From Patescibacteria group bacterium (GTDB lineage Bacteria > Patescibacteriota > Patescibacteriia > UBA1558 > GWA2-36-10), in assembly GCA_041662585.1 (NCBI GenBank), contig JBAZSG010000006.1, positions 4,155-68,154 of the forward strand: DNA of 64,000 bases. Reading direction: 5' to 3'. The notes under the pieces were generated by a model. It saw nothing but the letters and a program-made list of their open reading frames with translations. It did not search any database and was not told where the DNA came from. A program made the translations under genes and the position numbers. Shown here in pieces: positions 46,864 to 56,079 of this stretch (positions are counted from its first letter, which is position 1; every line of letters begins with the position of its first letter).

Positions 46864-47805
46864 ATGCTAGCTATAAAACACAAAATTAATGGTTTTTCTT
46901 TGGTAGAGGTAATCATAGCCTTGGGAGTTTTTTCTATCTTGGCAGCTGGAGTTTTTAATATTGTGACTAGTTCTTACAAAAATTTTTATGGCGTCGGAGA
47001 TAAACAAGTGATTAGCGAATTTGCTCAAGAAGGTATGGAAATAGTTCGGGCTATTCGTGATAATTCTTGGCAAGATATAGAAAATGTTTCTGGTGCTGGC
47101 AATCAGGGAGTGAGCAAGGCTAGTGCTGGTTATTGGCAGTTTAGTGGTACTAGTAATACTTTGGGTGTTTTGACTAGGACCATAGCAATAAGTGATGTAA
47201 GTCGTGATAGTAACAATGAAATAGTTTTATCAGGTGGAACCAATGATCCAAGTACCAAAAAAGTAGTGGTCACAGTGACAGGAACTGGCATAAGTGACTA
47301 TGTATTGACTGTTTATTTGACTGATTGGAACAATAAGACTTGGTTACAAACTAACTGGAGCGGAGTAGGCGAAAGAGAGTATTGGTCAGATAGTACTATG
47401 GCCTCATCAACCTATACCAATGGTGATAATAATATTTCTACTAGCACCACAGGCGCATTGACCCTTTTTTGGAATGGCACTACATTTGATTCTCCGGGGT
47501 ATTTATATTCTTCTATATATGATATAAACTCAGATGATAAAGAGCCCAAAAGTATTAGTGTAGAACAAGTTGTTCCTAGTCCTTGTAATTTGGATATTAC
47601 ACTTGAAGTTAGTGATGATATTAGTTTTGCAGTAGCTAATATTAGTAGTCAAATTTTTAGTGATGATAGTACTAGTTATTATACTAGTTCTACGCCAGCT
47701 AGTTTAAATGGTAAAAGATATATGAGATATAGAGTTGACATGGCTAGCTGTAGTAGTGGCGCTAGTAGTCCAACACTTTATTCAGTAAAGATTAATTATA
47801 GATGA
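46864..47805 (+). CDS. prepilin-type (pseudopilin/minor pilin-like) protein
   Basis: 313 aa; 'NGFSLVEVIIALGVFSILAAGVF' prepilin cleavage/methylation motif. Confidence 0.6.
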   Translation: MLAIKHKINGFSLVEVIIALGVFSILAAGVFNIVTSSYKNFYGVGDKQVISEFAQEGMEIVRAIRDNSWQDIENVSGAGNQGVSKASAGYWQFSGTSNTLGVLTRTIAISDVSRDSNNEIVLSGGTNDPSTKKVVVTVTGTGISDYVLTVYLTDWNNKTWLQTNWSGVGEREYWSDSTMASSTYTNGDNNISTSTTGALTLFWNGTTFDSPGYLYSSIYDINSDDKEPKSISVEQVVPSPCNLDITLEVSDDISFAVANISSQIFSDDSTSYYTSSTPASLNGKRYMRYRVDMASCSSGASSPTLYSVKINYR

Positions 47806-49067
47806 TGAATATAAATAAAAATAAAAAAGGCTTTTCTTTAATAGAGGCTGTAATTTATCTAGCGATAGTTGCTATTTTGCTTACAGCAGTAGTGAGTTTG
47901 CATCTGACTTTGGGGGGTACTTCCAATAAACTTGCTAGTAATATTTTGGCTTCTAGGAATAGGCGCGTGGCTTTGTCTAGTGTTGATTATTTGATTAAAA
48001 ATGCTGATGGAATGCTCAGAGACATCAATGGAGATTGTTCAGATTTTGATGCTACACCACCAGTACTAGCCTTATATTTTGCTGACGATACATATTTGCC
48101 TGGTACTTGTGTAGAAAACGGTGGAGGAGTCAGGCTATCAATAGATGATAAAAATGTAAGTCTGACTTGTTATCCAAATATGAGTGGCAATGGTCATTTT
48201 CAAAATTGCGAAACATGGCGTTATCCCGCTACCAACATTTATTATCTTTCTTCTCCCAATGTAGCTGTATTAAATACCTCATTGAGCTTTAGCACTTCTA
48301 CGGCCACTTCTACCGCCAATAATTTTTTGGCAGTCAGTACTCAGCTTAGTGTGGGCACACATACTAATAATCAAGTCAATTTGAGTGCTACTTCTACCGC
48401 CACTTCTACCACTATTGTCAGAAATGAGCAGGCCAGTGGGCTTATGACTTGGTGGAAGTTTGAGGCGAGCCCTGGTTTTGGTGTAGATACACAACAAAAT
48501 ATTAATATATCCTGTAATACCCCCAGTACTGTTAGTGGTTTGGTAAGTAGCAGTACGCAAGCAGCAGATTTTAACGGTAGTTCAGATACTTGTTATAATA
48601 TTAGTGCTAGGCGTATAAGATTTAATAATAGTTTTTCTTTGGCTACTTGGATGAATGCTGATGCCAGAGCAGTGGACACGCCTATTATGCTTTTTAGTAA
48701 TCTTACTTCTTTGGGTTATTCATTTTATACTGACGATGGTTATCTTAGTTTACGAGTTTGTGATAGTGATGCTTGTGAAGAATACAATTCTACTTTTCAA
48801 ATGGCCAATGATACTACTTATCATGTGACAGCTACTTATGATTTAGAAGATGATGAAGTGATATTGTATGTTTATCAAAAAGGAGTAGGTGGTAAAGCTA
48901 CCACTACGGTAAATTCATTAAAAACTTTGGTAAACCACGCTTCTAACTTTGTAATAGCCGGAGATTTGACAACATACTTTGATGGGACACTAGATGATAT
49001 TCGGACTTATAATAGAGTATTGAGTCCAGAAGAGATCTGGGCTATACAATCTCAAGGAGAGATTTAG
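47802..49067 (+). CDS. prepilin-type protein with C-terminal LamG/concanavalin-A-like lectin domain
   Basis: 421 aa; 'KGFSLIEAVIYLAIVAILLTAVV'; C-terminal 'GTLDDIRTYNRVLSPEEIWAI' typical of bacterial LamG-domain proteins. Confidence 0.6.
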   Translation: MMNINKNKKGFSLIEAVIYLAIVAILLTAVVSLHLTLGGTSNKLASNILASRNRRVALSSVDYLIKNADGMLRDINGDCSDFDATPPVLALYFADDTYLPGTCVENGGGVRLSIDDKNVSLTCYPNMSGNGHFQNCETWRYPATNIYYLSSPNVAVLNTSLSFSTSTATSTANNFLAVSTQLSVGTHTNNQVNLSATSTATSTTIVRNEQASGLMTWWKFEASPGFGVDTQQNINISCNTPSTVSGLVSSSTQAADFNGSSDTCYNISARRIRFNNSFSLATWMNADARAVDTPIMLFSNLTSLGYSFYTDDGYLSLRVCDSDACEEYNSTFQMANDTTYHVTATYDLEDDEVILYVYQKGVGGKATTTVNSLKTLVNHASNFVIAGDLTTYFDGTLDDIRTYNRVLSPEEIWAIQSQGEI

Positions 49068-49098
49068 TTTATTTACTATATTTTGCTATAATATATCT

Positions 49099-49929
49099 AT
49101 GCTAGATAAAATAAAAAAAGCAAATCAGGGAGCTATAGCGTTATTGTTAGTAATTATGATTACAGCTTTGACTATAGTTTCAGCCGCCGTAATATCTATG
49201 ACCAATATTTCAGACTTGATGTCTTCTTTTTATTTTTCTCAATCAGAAGAAGCTGATGTAGAAATGGATGCTTGTCTAGAAGATGCTTTGTGGCGTCTAG
49301 CTTCTAGCACTGAGATTTCAGGTACATATTATCTCAATACTGTTGGTACTAGTTGTTATTATCAAATAGCTGATAGTATAGAGGCTGGTTTAAAAACTGT
49401 TACTTCTACGGCTAGTACTACTTCAGATGTTGGTTATTGGGTGGATGCAGTGATTGCTCAAATCAATGTTTCTACCACACCGATTAGTATTTATTCTTAC
49501 AAAAATTTTAATATGTCCTATGCGCCTATTGTGGTCTCTGAAGGTGGTGCAGCTGTCTGTGGTGATGGCACCATAACTAGTCCAGAAGTCTGTGATGAGC
49601 TCAATAATACAATTACTGAATATTGCGGAGATGGCAATACAGATGTAGGCAAATGCAATGCTGATTGTAGTGCAGTCGTGCCAGATGAGACTTGCGATGA
49701 TGGTAATACAACTACCGAGATGTGTGGCGATGGAACACAACAAAATGGCACTTATTGTAATGCTAATTGTACCGTAGAAACAGTCTTGGCCGAAACTTGT
49801 GACTATACACCAGGATCTTGCAATGCTTCTAGCTGTTGTGATAGCGTTGGCTTGGGTTGTGCCACTGGAAAACGTGGATTTCTAGCCTGTAGTGAAACTT
49901 GTACAACTTGTCTTTTAAATTGTTTATAA
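49099..49929 (+). CDS. membrane-anchored protein with Cys-rich 'CGDG...CDDGN' repeats (Myxococcus cysteine-rich repeat/DUF4215-like); possible pilus-associated adhesin
   Basis: 276 aa; N-terminal hydrophobic segment (GAIALLLVIMITALTIVSAAVI); repeats 'CGDGTITSPEVCDELNN', 'CGDGNTDVGKCNADCS', 'CDDGNTTTEMCGDGTQQNGTYCNANC'. Confidence 0.45.
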   Translation: MLDKIKKANQGAIALLLVIMITALTIVSAAVISMTNISDLMSSFYFSQSEEADVEMDACLEDALWRLASSTEISGTYYLNTVGTSCYYQIADSIEAGLKTVTSTASTTSDVGYWVDAVIAQINVSTTPISIYSYKNFNMSYAPIVVSEGGAAVCGDGTITSPEVCDELNNTITEYCGDGNTDVGKCNADCSAVVPDETCDDGNTTTEMCGDGTQQNGTYCNANCTVETVLAETCDYTPGSCNASSCCDSVGLGCATGKRGFLACSETCTTCLLNCL

Positions 49930-49945
49930 TTTAATTTTAGGGCTT

Positions 49946-51697
49946 ATGGGCAAAAATATAATAGGTATCGATATTTCAGATTTTTCTATTGAAGCCGTAG
50001 CTTTGGAAAAAGATAGACATAGTTTTAAGTTAGAATCTTATGCTCGTTTTAGACTTTCTCCAGAAATAGTTGAAGATGGTCAGATACTAGATAAAGAAAA
50101 ATTGAAAAGTGCTATTTTAAAGCTGTTTAAAAGTGCCAAGCCGGTTGTTTTTGACAAATCACGCAAGGTATTTTTATCTATTCCAGAGTCACAGACTTTT
50201 TCCAAAATATTTTCTGTACCAAAAAATATCAAAAATAAAGAATTGGAAACAGTAGTATTTAATAAAGCAGAAGAATTGATTCCAGAGTCTATTGACAAAT
50301 TGACGGCTATCATAAAAGTCTTGGCTGAAACAGATAAAGATAAGCAAGTTTTTTATACAGCCGTAAGCACAGAAATATTACAGAGTTTTGTAAGTGTTTT
50401 TAATGAATTGGATATAGAAGTAGTAGGTATTACTACTGAAGCCAATAGTTCTTTTGCTGGTATCAAAGAAAGTAAAGACAAAAAAAATACATTGGTTTTG
50501 GATCTTGGCGCCAGGACTACTATTGCTTCTATTTTTACCAAACATGGTTTATATTCAAATATAAATATTGCTATTGGTGGAGATAATATCACCAAGGCTA
50601 TTGCCAAAAAATTAAAGATTACTTATAAACAAGCCGAGGACAAAAAAGTAAAAATTGGTTTGACAGCTGATGAATATGGAGAAATCATGCTCATCGCCCA
50701 AGGTCAATTACAGCCACTGGTAGATGAATTAAAAGTATTTATAGAATATTGGCAAAAATCTAGTGGTAATACTATAGAACAAGTTGTTTTGATAGGGGGC
50801 TTATCTCAAATGAAAGATATTGATAAATATTTTGGAGAAGACTTAAACATAGCCACTCAAATTGGTCAGCCGTTTATTGATACAGACTCTTTATGGAAAG
50901 GATTGAATTCTAGTAAATACATAAATGCTTTGGGATTAGCTAGATTGGCTCAGCAAGGCACGGATATCAATTTTTTTGATAAGATGCCAAAAGCCAAAAA
51001 ACAAAAAAATACAAATAATAATATAAATAACAATAACAATAATCAATATATAGAAAATCAAAATAATATCAAAACAAAGTGGTTGGCCAGTTTTAAAAAT
51101 AAATATGTTTTATTTGGATTAGGCATTATTTTTTTGGCAGCAGCTTTGTTTTTGTTTAAAAATAAAATTCCTATTTTAAAAGACTGGGTAGCACTACCTA
51201 CTTGGGAAGAAAAAATATATGTAGCGATAGATAATCCCAATGGAATAAGCAATTTTATCCCAGGTGAATATTATGATTTATTACTTTACAAAACATATAC
51301 TACTTCTACAGATGAGACATTGCCAGACGATTATGTTGAAAATTTTTCAAACAATTTGATTGCCCTAGAAAAGGAAGCAAACATAAAAGTATTGCCAAAA
51401 GTCGCTGAGTCTTATACACCAGAAGGTTATTATGTGATTCCCCAAATAATATCTTATGAGAGTACAGATATAGTTCCTTTGGAAGAAAATTATAAAGTAG
51501 GGGATGTTTTAGAAGCGGATATCAATTATCGATTTATGATGTTTTCATATCAATCTTTGAAAGATTGGTTGATAAATAAAGATCCAAAAGTAGCTGATAA
51601 ACTAGGTAGTTTTGATTTTGAAATCATTAATTATACACTTGATAGTGAAGGAGCAAATTTTAACATCTTGGTACTGATTAATAAAAAATCAGACTAA
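49946..51697 (+). CDS. pilM: PilM-like actin-fold pilus assembly protein fused via a poly-Asn linker to a PilN-like single-TM segment
   Basis: 583 aa; N-terminal 'IIGIDISDFSIEAVAL' PilM/FtsA-like; low-complexity 'NTNNNINNNNNNQYIENQNN' then TM 'YVLFGLGIIFLAAALFLF'. Confidence 0.55.
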   Translation: MGKNIIGIDISDFSIEAVALEKDRHSFKLESYARFRLSPEIVEDGQILDKEKLKSAILKLFKSAKPVVFDKSRKVFLSIPESQTFSKIFSVPKNIKNKELETVVFNKAEELIPESIDKLTAIIKVLAETDKDKQVFYTAVSTEILQSFVSVFNELDIEVVGITTEANSSFAGIKESKDKKNTLVLDLGARTTIASIFTKHGLYSNINIAIGGDNITKAIAKKLKITYKQAEDKKVKIGLTADEYGEIMLIAQGQLQPLVDELKVFIEYWQKSSGNTIEQVVLIGGLSQMKDIDKYFGEDLNIATQIGQPFIDTDSLWKGLNSSKYINALGLARLAQQGTDINFFDKMPKAKKQKNTNNNINNNNNNQYIENQNNIKTKWLASFKNKYVLFGLGIIFLAAALFLFKNKIPILKDWVALPTWEEKIYVAIDNPNGISNFIPGEYYDLLLYKTYTTSTDETLPDDYVENFSNNLIALEKEANIKVLPKVAESYTPEGYYVIPQIISYESTDIVPLEENYKVGDVLEADINYRFMMFSYQSLKDWLINKDPKVADKLGSFDFEIINYTLDSEGANFNILVLINKKSD

Positions 51698-51743
51698 AAA
51701 TAGTACTAAAAACATATGCACAGAGTTTAATTTGGGAGGAGTA

Positions 51744-51772
51744 TTGGCAATTATTGGTAGATTTGATATAAT
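51744..51772 (+). promoter_or_regulatory. sigma-70-like promoter for the major pilin gene (-35 TTGGCA, 17-bp spacer, extended -10 TGATATAAT)
   Basis: Read directly ~50 bp upstream of the pilin ATG. Confidence 0.45.
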
Positions 51773-51821
51773 ATAGACATCTTTAATTCAATATAAAATA
51801 ATTTAACTAATCTTATAAAGT

Positions 51822-52331
51822 ATGAAAATTAAACAAAATTTTAGATTACACTCAAGACAAGCAGGATTTACGCTTATTGAGTTAATTATCGTAATCGCTA
51901 TCATCGCCTTATTAGCAGCAGCTACTTTTGTGGCTGTCAATCCAGCCAAGCGTATTGGTGATGCCAATAATGCTCAGCGTTGGGCTGATATTACAGCTAT
52001 TGCCGATGCTTGGAATACTTATGTAGCTGATAATAGTGGTAGTAATCCAACTACATCAGCTGATTGTATTACAGCTAATACTACTTGTATGATTGCCAAT
52101 TATGCTGGTACTGATACTGACTATGCTTGTGGAGCTTCAACCACCGCTGCTCTTATTTGGCTTGATCCATTGATTACCAGTGGTTATTTAGCAAATATAC
52201 CAGCTGACCCAAAATCTACTACAGCCGCAGCCACATCTACTGGTTATTATATGCTTAAAGATGCTAATGGTGCTTTGACGGTTGGTGCTTGTGAAACTTA
52301 TAATAGTGCTACAATAAAAGTTCAAAGATAG
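51822..52331 (+). CDS. type IV pilin (major pilin-like), class III signal peptide
   Basis: 169 aa; 'SRQAGFTLIELIIVIAIIALLAAATFVAV' (G|FTLIEL cleavage/methylation site), C-terminal Cys pairs. Confidence 0.75.
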   Translation: MKIKQNFRLHSRQAGFTLIELIIVIAIIALLAAATFVAVNPAKRIGDANNAQRWADITAIADAWNTYVADNSGSNPTTSADCITANTTCMIANYAGTDTDYACGASTTAALIWLDPLITSGYLANIPADPKSTTAAATSTGYYMLKDANGALTVGACETYNSATIKVQR

Positions 52332-52350
52332 TTTTTAAATCAAAATTTAT

Positions 52351-52390
52351 AAAACTTGATTCTACTAAAATAGGGTCAAGTTTTTATATT
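52351..52390 (+). terminator. terminator hairpin after the pilin gene (AAAACTTGA..TCAAGTTTT + T-run)
   Basis: 9-bp stem, 16-nt loop, followed by TTTTTATATTTT. Confidence 0.45.
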
Positions 52391-52445
52391 TTAAAATATT
52401 TGGATTTAAGGTATAATGAATATATAATATATATATAAAATATTA

Positions 52446-54116
52446 ATGAAAAATATGATAAAAAAGTTAAAAAATAAGTGGTTTTGGATAATATTGGTGA
52501 TTGTGATTATACTAGGGATTGTATTATTTCAGGTATTTAAAAAAGAAGAATCAAACTATATTACCGAAGCTACTCGTATCGGAGATATTGTGCAAACCGT
52601 AGAAGTGACTGGTTCAGTACAATCGGCTGATGATATAGAGCTCAATTTTGGTATGGCCGGTACTCTACAAGCTGTTTTGGTCAAGACAGGCGACGAAGTA
52701 GTCAAAGGACAGACCTTGGCTAGACTGACTTCAGGAGATATAGCTTCTCAAGTAGCTGATGCTAGAGCTAGTCTGGAGATTGCCAAATTACAATTGGATG
52801 AGCTTTTGGCTGGAGCTAGCAATCAAGATATAGAAGTGACCACGCAAGAATTTGCTAGTGCCAAAGCCAATTATCAAAGTGCTATGGATAGTTTGACAAA
52901 CTTGGAGCAAACTAGAGATCAAGAGATTGCCAATATAAAATCAGAAACTATTAGTACTTTAAAAGATAAATTATCTATAGCTCAATTTTCTTTGGATGTA
53001 GTCTACGATGCTATTTATGATAGTAATGCGGATCAAAATTTGTATGTTAGTGATATAGTATTATTGAATAATACTAGGTGGAATTATCAAGATGTAAATA
53101 GCAAATTTTCCAGCATAAAAGCATTGATTGAAAAAGCTGAGAATAGTAATGACAACAATGATATTTTAGTAGCTGCCAATGCTTTGGAAAATTATTTGAA
53201 AGATGTTTTTAATATTTTGACCGATACTTATGATGTGATGATAGTTACGGTTACTAATTCTGTTTATACAGCTACAGTTATTGATACTTTCAAAACTAGC
53301 ATAAATACCAAAACTACTAGTATCAATACAGCTATTTCAGCTGTTCAAAGCAATAGTGCCAATTTGCGTATTAGGGATTTATATTATCAAACCCAAATTT
53401 CTGACCAACAAAATACTATTGATTCATATAAGATTGCTATGTCTTTGGCTCAAGCCAAGCTAGACCTTAAGACAGCTCCACCTCGTGATTTTGCTGTTTC
53501 TTCAGCCGAAGCCAACATAAAAAGAGCTCAGGCAACTTTGGATAGATATCTTAGCAATTTATCTGAGACAGTGATTACAGCACCAGTTGATGGTATAGTC
53601 ACAGCAGTAAATTTTGATGTAGGAGAGCAGACTAGTTTATCTACTCCTGTAATATCTATGATTGGTTTAGCTACCATGCAAATAGAAGTAGATGTACCAG
53701 AATCAGATATAAGCAAATTGGCTGTAGGAGATCAAGTAGAGATCACTTTGGATGCTTTTTCAGCTAGTGACAAATTTGTCGGGACAGTTATTTTTATAGA
53801 TCCAGCAGCTACCAATATTGACGGAGTGGTATATTATACTACCAAAATAGCTTTTAATGAAAAAGATGATCGTATAAAATCTGGTATGACAGCTGATTTA
53901 ACTATTTCTACTGATAGCAGAGAGGGTGTGTTGGTAGTGCCATCCAGAGCTGTAATATATCGAGAAGATAAAAAATATGTACAAATATTGGACAACGGTG
54001 TTTTGGCAGAATTAGAAGTTGTGACTGGTTTAAGAGGCGATGATGGCTTAACAGAAATAATTAGTGGTTTAGAAGCAGGTGTTGAGGTTGTCACTTTTAT
54101 AAAGAAAGCAGAGTAA
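52446..54116 (+). CDS. HlyD-family periplasmic adaptor (membrane fusion protein), MacA-like
   Basis: 556 aa; N-terminal TM, lipoyl-like 'GSVQSADDIELNFGMAGTLQAVLVKTGDEVVKGQTLARL', long coiled coil, C-terminal beta-barrel-like region. Confidence 0.65.
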   Translation: MKNMIKKLKNKWFWIILVIVIILGIVLFQVFKKEESNYITEATRIGDIVQTVEVTGSVQSADDIELNFGMAGTLQAVLVKTGDEVVKGQTLARLTSGDIASQVADARASLEIAKLQLDELLAGASNQDIEVTTQEFASAKANYQSAMDSLTNLEQTRDQEIANIKSETISTLKDKLSIAQFSLDVVYDAIYDSNADQNLYVSDIVLLNNTRWNYQDVNSKFSSIKALIEKAENSNDNNDILVAANALENYLKDVFNILTDTYDVMIVTVTNSVYTATVIDTFKTSINTKTTSINTAISAVQSNSANLRIRDLYYQTQISDQQNTIDSYKIAMSLAQAKLDLKTAPPRDFAVSSAEANIKRAQATLDRYLSNLSETVITAPVDGIVTAVNFDVGEQTSLSTPVISMIGLATMQIEVDVPESDISKLAVGDQVEITLDAFSASDKFVGTVIFIDPAATNIDGVVYYTTKIAFNEKDDRIKSGMTADLTISTDSREGVLVVPSRAVIYREDKKYVQILDNGVLAELEVVTGLRGDDGLTEIISGLEAGVEVVTFIKKAE

Positions 54117-54117
54117 T

Positions 54118-54828
54118 ATGATTGAATTAAAAGATGTTTATAAAGAGTTTGTAAATGAAGAAGTAGTAACCAAGGTTCTTCATGGTATTAATCTCAAAAT
54201 AGATAAAGGTGAATTTTTGGCTATCATGGGTCCTTCTGGATCAGGTAAGTCAACTCTTATGCATATTTTGGGATTCTTAGACACACTAAGCACTGGTAAA
54301 TATTATTTTGACAACAAAGATGTGTCTAGTTTAGATGATGATACTTTGGCGCAGTACAGAAACAAAAGAGTTGGTTTTGTTTTTCAAAGTTTTAATTTAC
54401 TGCCCAAAACTAGTGTTTTAGATAATGTAAAATTACCACTTTTATATAGCAAAGATAAAACAGATTCACAAGCAGTCGATGAAGCTATAAAAAGTGTAGG
54501 TTTAGAGCATAGAAGAGAGTATCTTTCCAATCAATTATCTGGTGGTGAAAAACAACGAGTAGCAATTGCGCGAGCTTTGGTAAATAAACCAGATATTATA
54601 TTTGCTGATGAGCCAACTGGCAATTTAGATTCTAAATCAGGTATTCAAATTATGGCTATTTTGGCTGGCCTATCCAAAATGGGTAAAACAGTAATATTGG
54701 TTACTCACGAATCTACTACGGCTAGATATGCCAAGAGAATAATAATGGTTAAAGATGGTTTGATTGTTAGTGATGAAAATAATAAAAATATTATCAAAAC
54801 AGAAGACATAAATGGTCAATTAAAATAA
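54118..54828 (+). CDS. ABC transporter ATP-binding protein (MacB/LolD-type)
   Basis: 236 aa; Walker A 'GPSGSGKST', signature '[15 protein letters not shown]', Walker B '[12 protein letters not shown]'. Confidence 0.85.
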   Translation: MIELKDVYKEFVNEEVVTKVLHGINLKIDKGEFLAIMGPSGSGKSTLMHILGFLDTLSTGKYYFDNKDVSSLDDDTLAQYRNKRVGFVFQSFNLLPKTSVLDNVKLPLLYSKDKTDSQAVDEAIKSVGLEHRREYLSNQLSGGEKQRVAIARALVNKPDIIFADEPTGNLDSKSGIQIMAILAGLSKMGKTVILVTHESTTARYAKRIIMVKDGLIVSDENNKNIIKTEDINGQLK

Positions 54829-54831
54829 TTT

Positions 54832-56076
54832 ATGCGTTTTGACTTTAGAATATGGTTTGGGACTTTGCAAGCATTAAAGCGTAATAAAATGCGCTCTTTT
54901 TTGACTTCACTGGGGATTGTCATTGGTATCTCTTCTGTAGTTATCATCATGTCTCTTGGAGCAGGAGCACAGAGTTTGGTGGTCAATCAAATACAAGGTA
55001 TAGGTGGTGACTTATTGGCTATACTTCCAGGAGCTAGTGATGATGATGGTCCACCAGCATCAGTGATGGGTATTAGTATTACTACTTTGACCACTGAAGA
55101 TTTGCAAGCTATAGAAGAAAGAGTACCAGAAGTTACAGCTGCAGCAGCTTATGTCAGAGGGACAGCTATTGCTTCTTGGCAAAACAAAGTAGATGATACT
55201 AGTTTTTTGGGTACAACGGGCAATTATATGCAAGTAGAAGAAGGCGCAGAGCTCATAGCTGGTCATTTTTTTTCGGAAGATGAAGCCAATTCTATTAGTA
55301 AAGTAGCTGTTCTTGGTTATAGTGTAGCCGAAGAATTATTCAATGGAAATATAGACCCCATTGGTGAGCGTATTAAAATAAACAAAGAATCTTTTAAAAT
55401 AATAGGTGTAATGGCCGAAAGAGGAACGGCTGGTTTTCAAGATCAAGATGATCAAATATTTATACCCATCACCACTGCTCAAAAGTTAATGTTGGGTATT
55501 AATTATCTTACTTTTGGTAGAGCCAAGGTAACTCAAGGGGCAGATATTGATTTTGTAATTGAAGAAGTGGTTGATGTTTTGCGGGATAGGCATGGTATAG
55601 ACAATCCCCAAGAAGATGATTTTTCGGTCAGATCATCTGAATCAACTTTAAATACTTTAAATAGCATTACGGATGCCCTAAATTATTTTTTAGGCATGGT
55701 AGCTGGGATTTCTTTAATAGTTGGTGGAATTGGTATTATGAATATTATGCTTGTTTCAGTATCAGAGAGTACCAAAGAAATAGGTCTTAGAAAGGCAGTG
55801 GGAGCAACTAGAAGAGATATTAGTATCTATTTTTTGGTGCAAACGATCATCTTGACATTATTAGGGGGTATCATAGGAATATTTTGGGGAATACTAGTGT
55901 CATTTTTGGCTAGTGTTATAGCCAATGCTTTGGGCTATGATTGGAATTTTGTAGTATCAGTAGTCTCTATTGTTATTTCTCTGATATTTACTATCATAGT
56001 TGCTTTAGCTTTTGGTTGGTATCCAGCCAAAAAAGCTGCCGATTTAAATCCAATTGAAGCTCTTCGTTATGAATAA
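54832..56076 (+). CDS. ABC transporter permease, FtsX/MacB-type (MacB_PCD + FtsX domains)
   Basis: 414 aa; N-terminal TM, large extracytoplasmic domain, C-terminal FtsX-like 3-TM bundle ('EIGLRKAVGATRRDI'). Confidence 0.8.
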   Translation: MRFDFRIWFGTLQALKRNKMRSFLTSLGIVIGISSVVIIMSLGAGAQSLVVNQIQGIGGDLLAILPGASDDDGPPASVMGISITTLTTEDLQAIEERVPEVTAAAAYVRGTAIASWQNKVDDTSFLGTTGNYMQVEEGAELIAGHFFSEDEANSISKVAVLGYSVAEELFNGNIDPIGERIKINKESFKIIGVMAERGTAGFQDQDDQIFIPITTAQKLMLGINYLTFGRAKVTQGADIDFVIEEVVDVLRDRHGIDNPQEDDFSVRSSESTLNTLNSITDALNYFLGMVAGISLIVGGIGIMNIMLVSVSESTKEIGLRKAVGATRRDISIYFLVQTIILTLLGGIIGIFWGILVSFLASVIANALGYDWNFVVSVVSIVISLIFTIIVALAFGWYPAKKAADLNPIEALRYE

Positions 56077-56079
56077 TTT

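Noticed and set aside
45774-49929. Diversity-generating retroelement or other reverse-transcriptase-based variation system near the lectin-headed minor pilins
   Set aside because: No ORF with reverse-transcriptase motifs (YxDD and similar) and no template/variable repeat pair were found in or near these genes.
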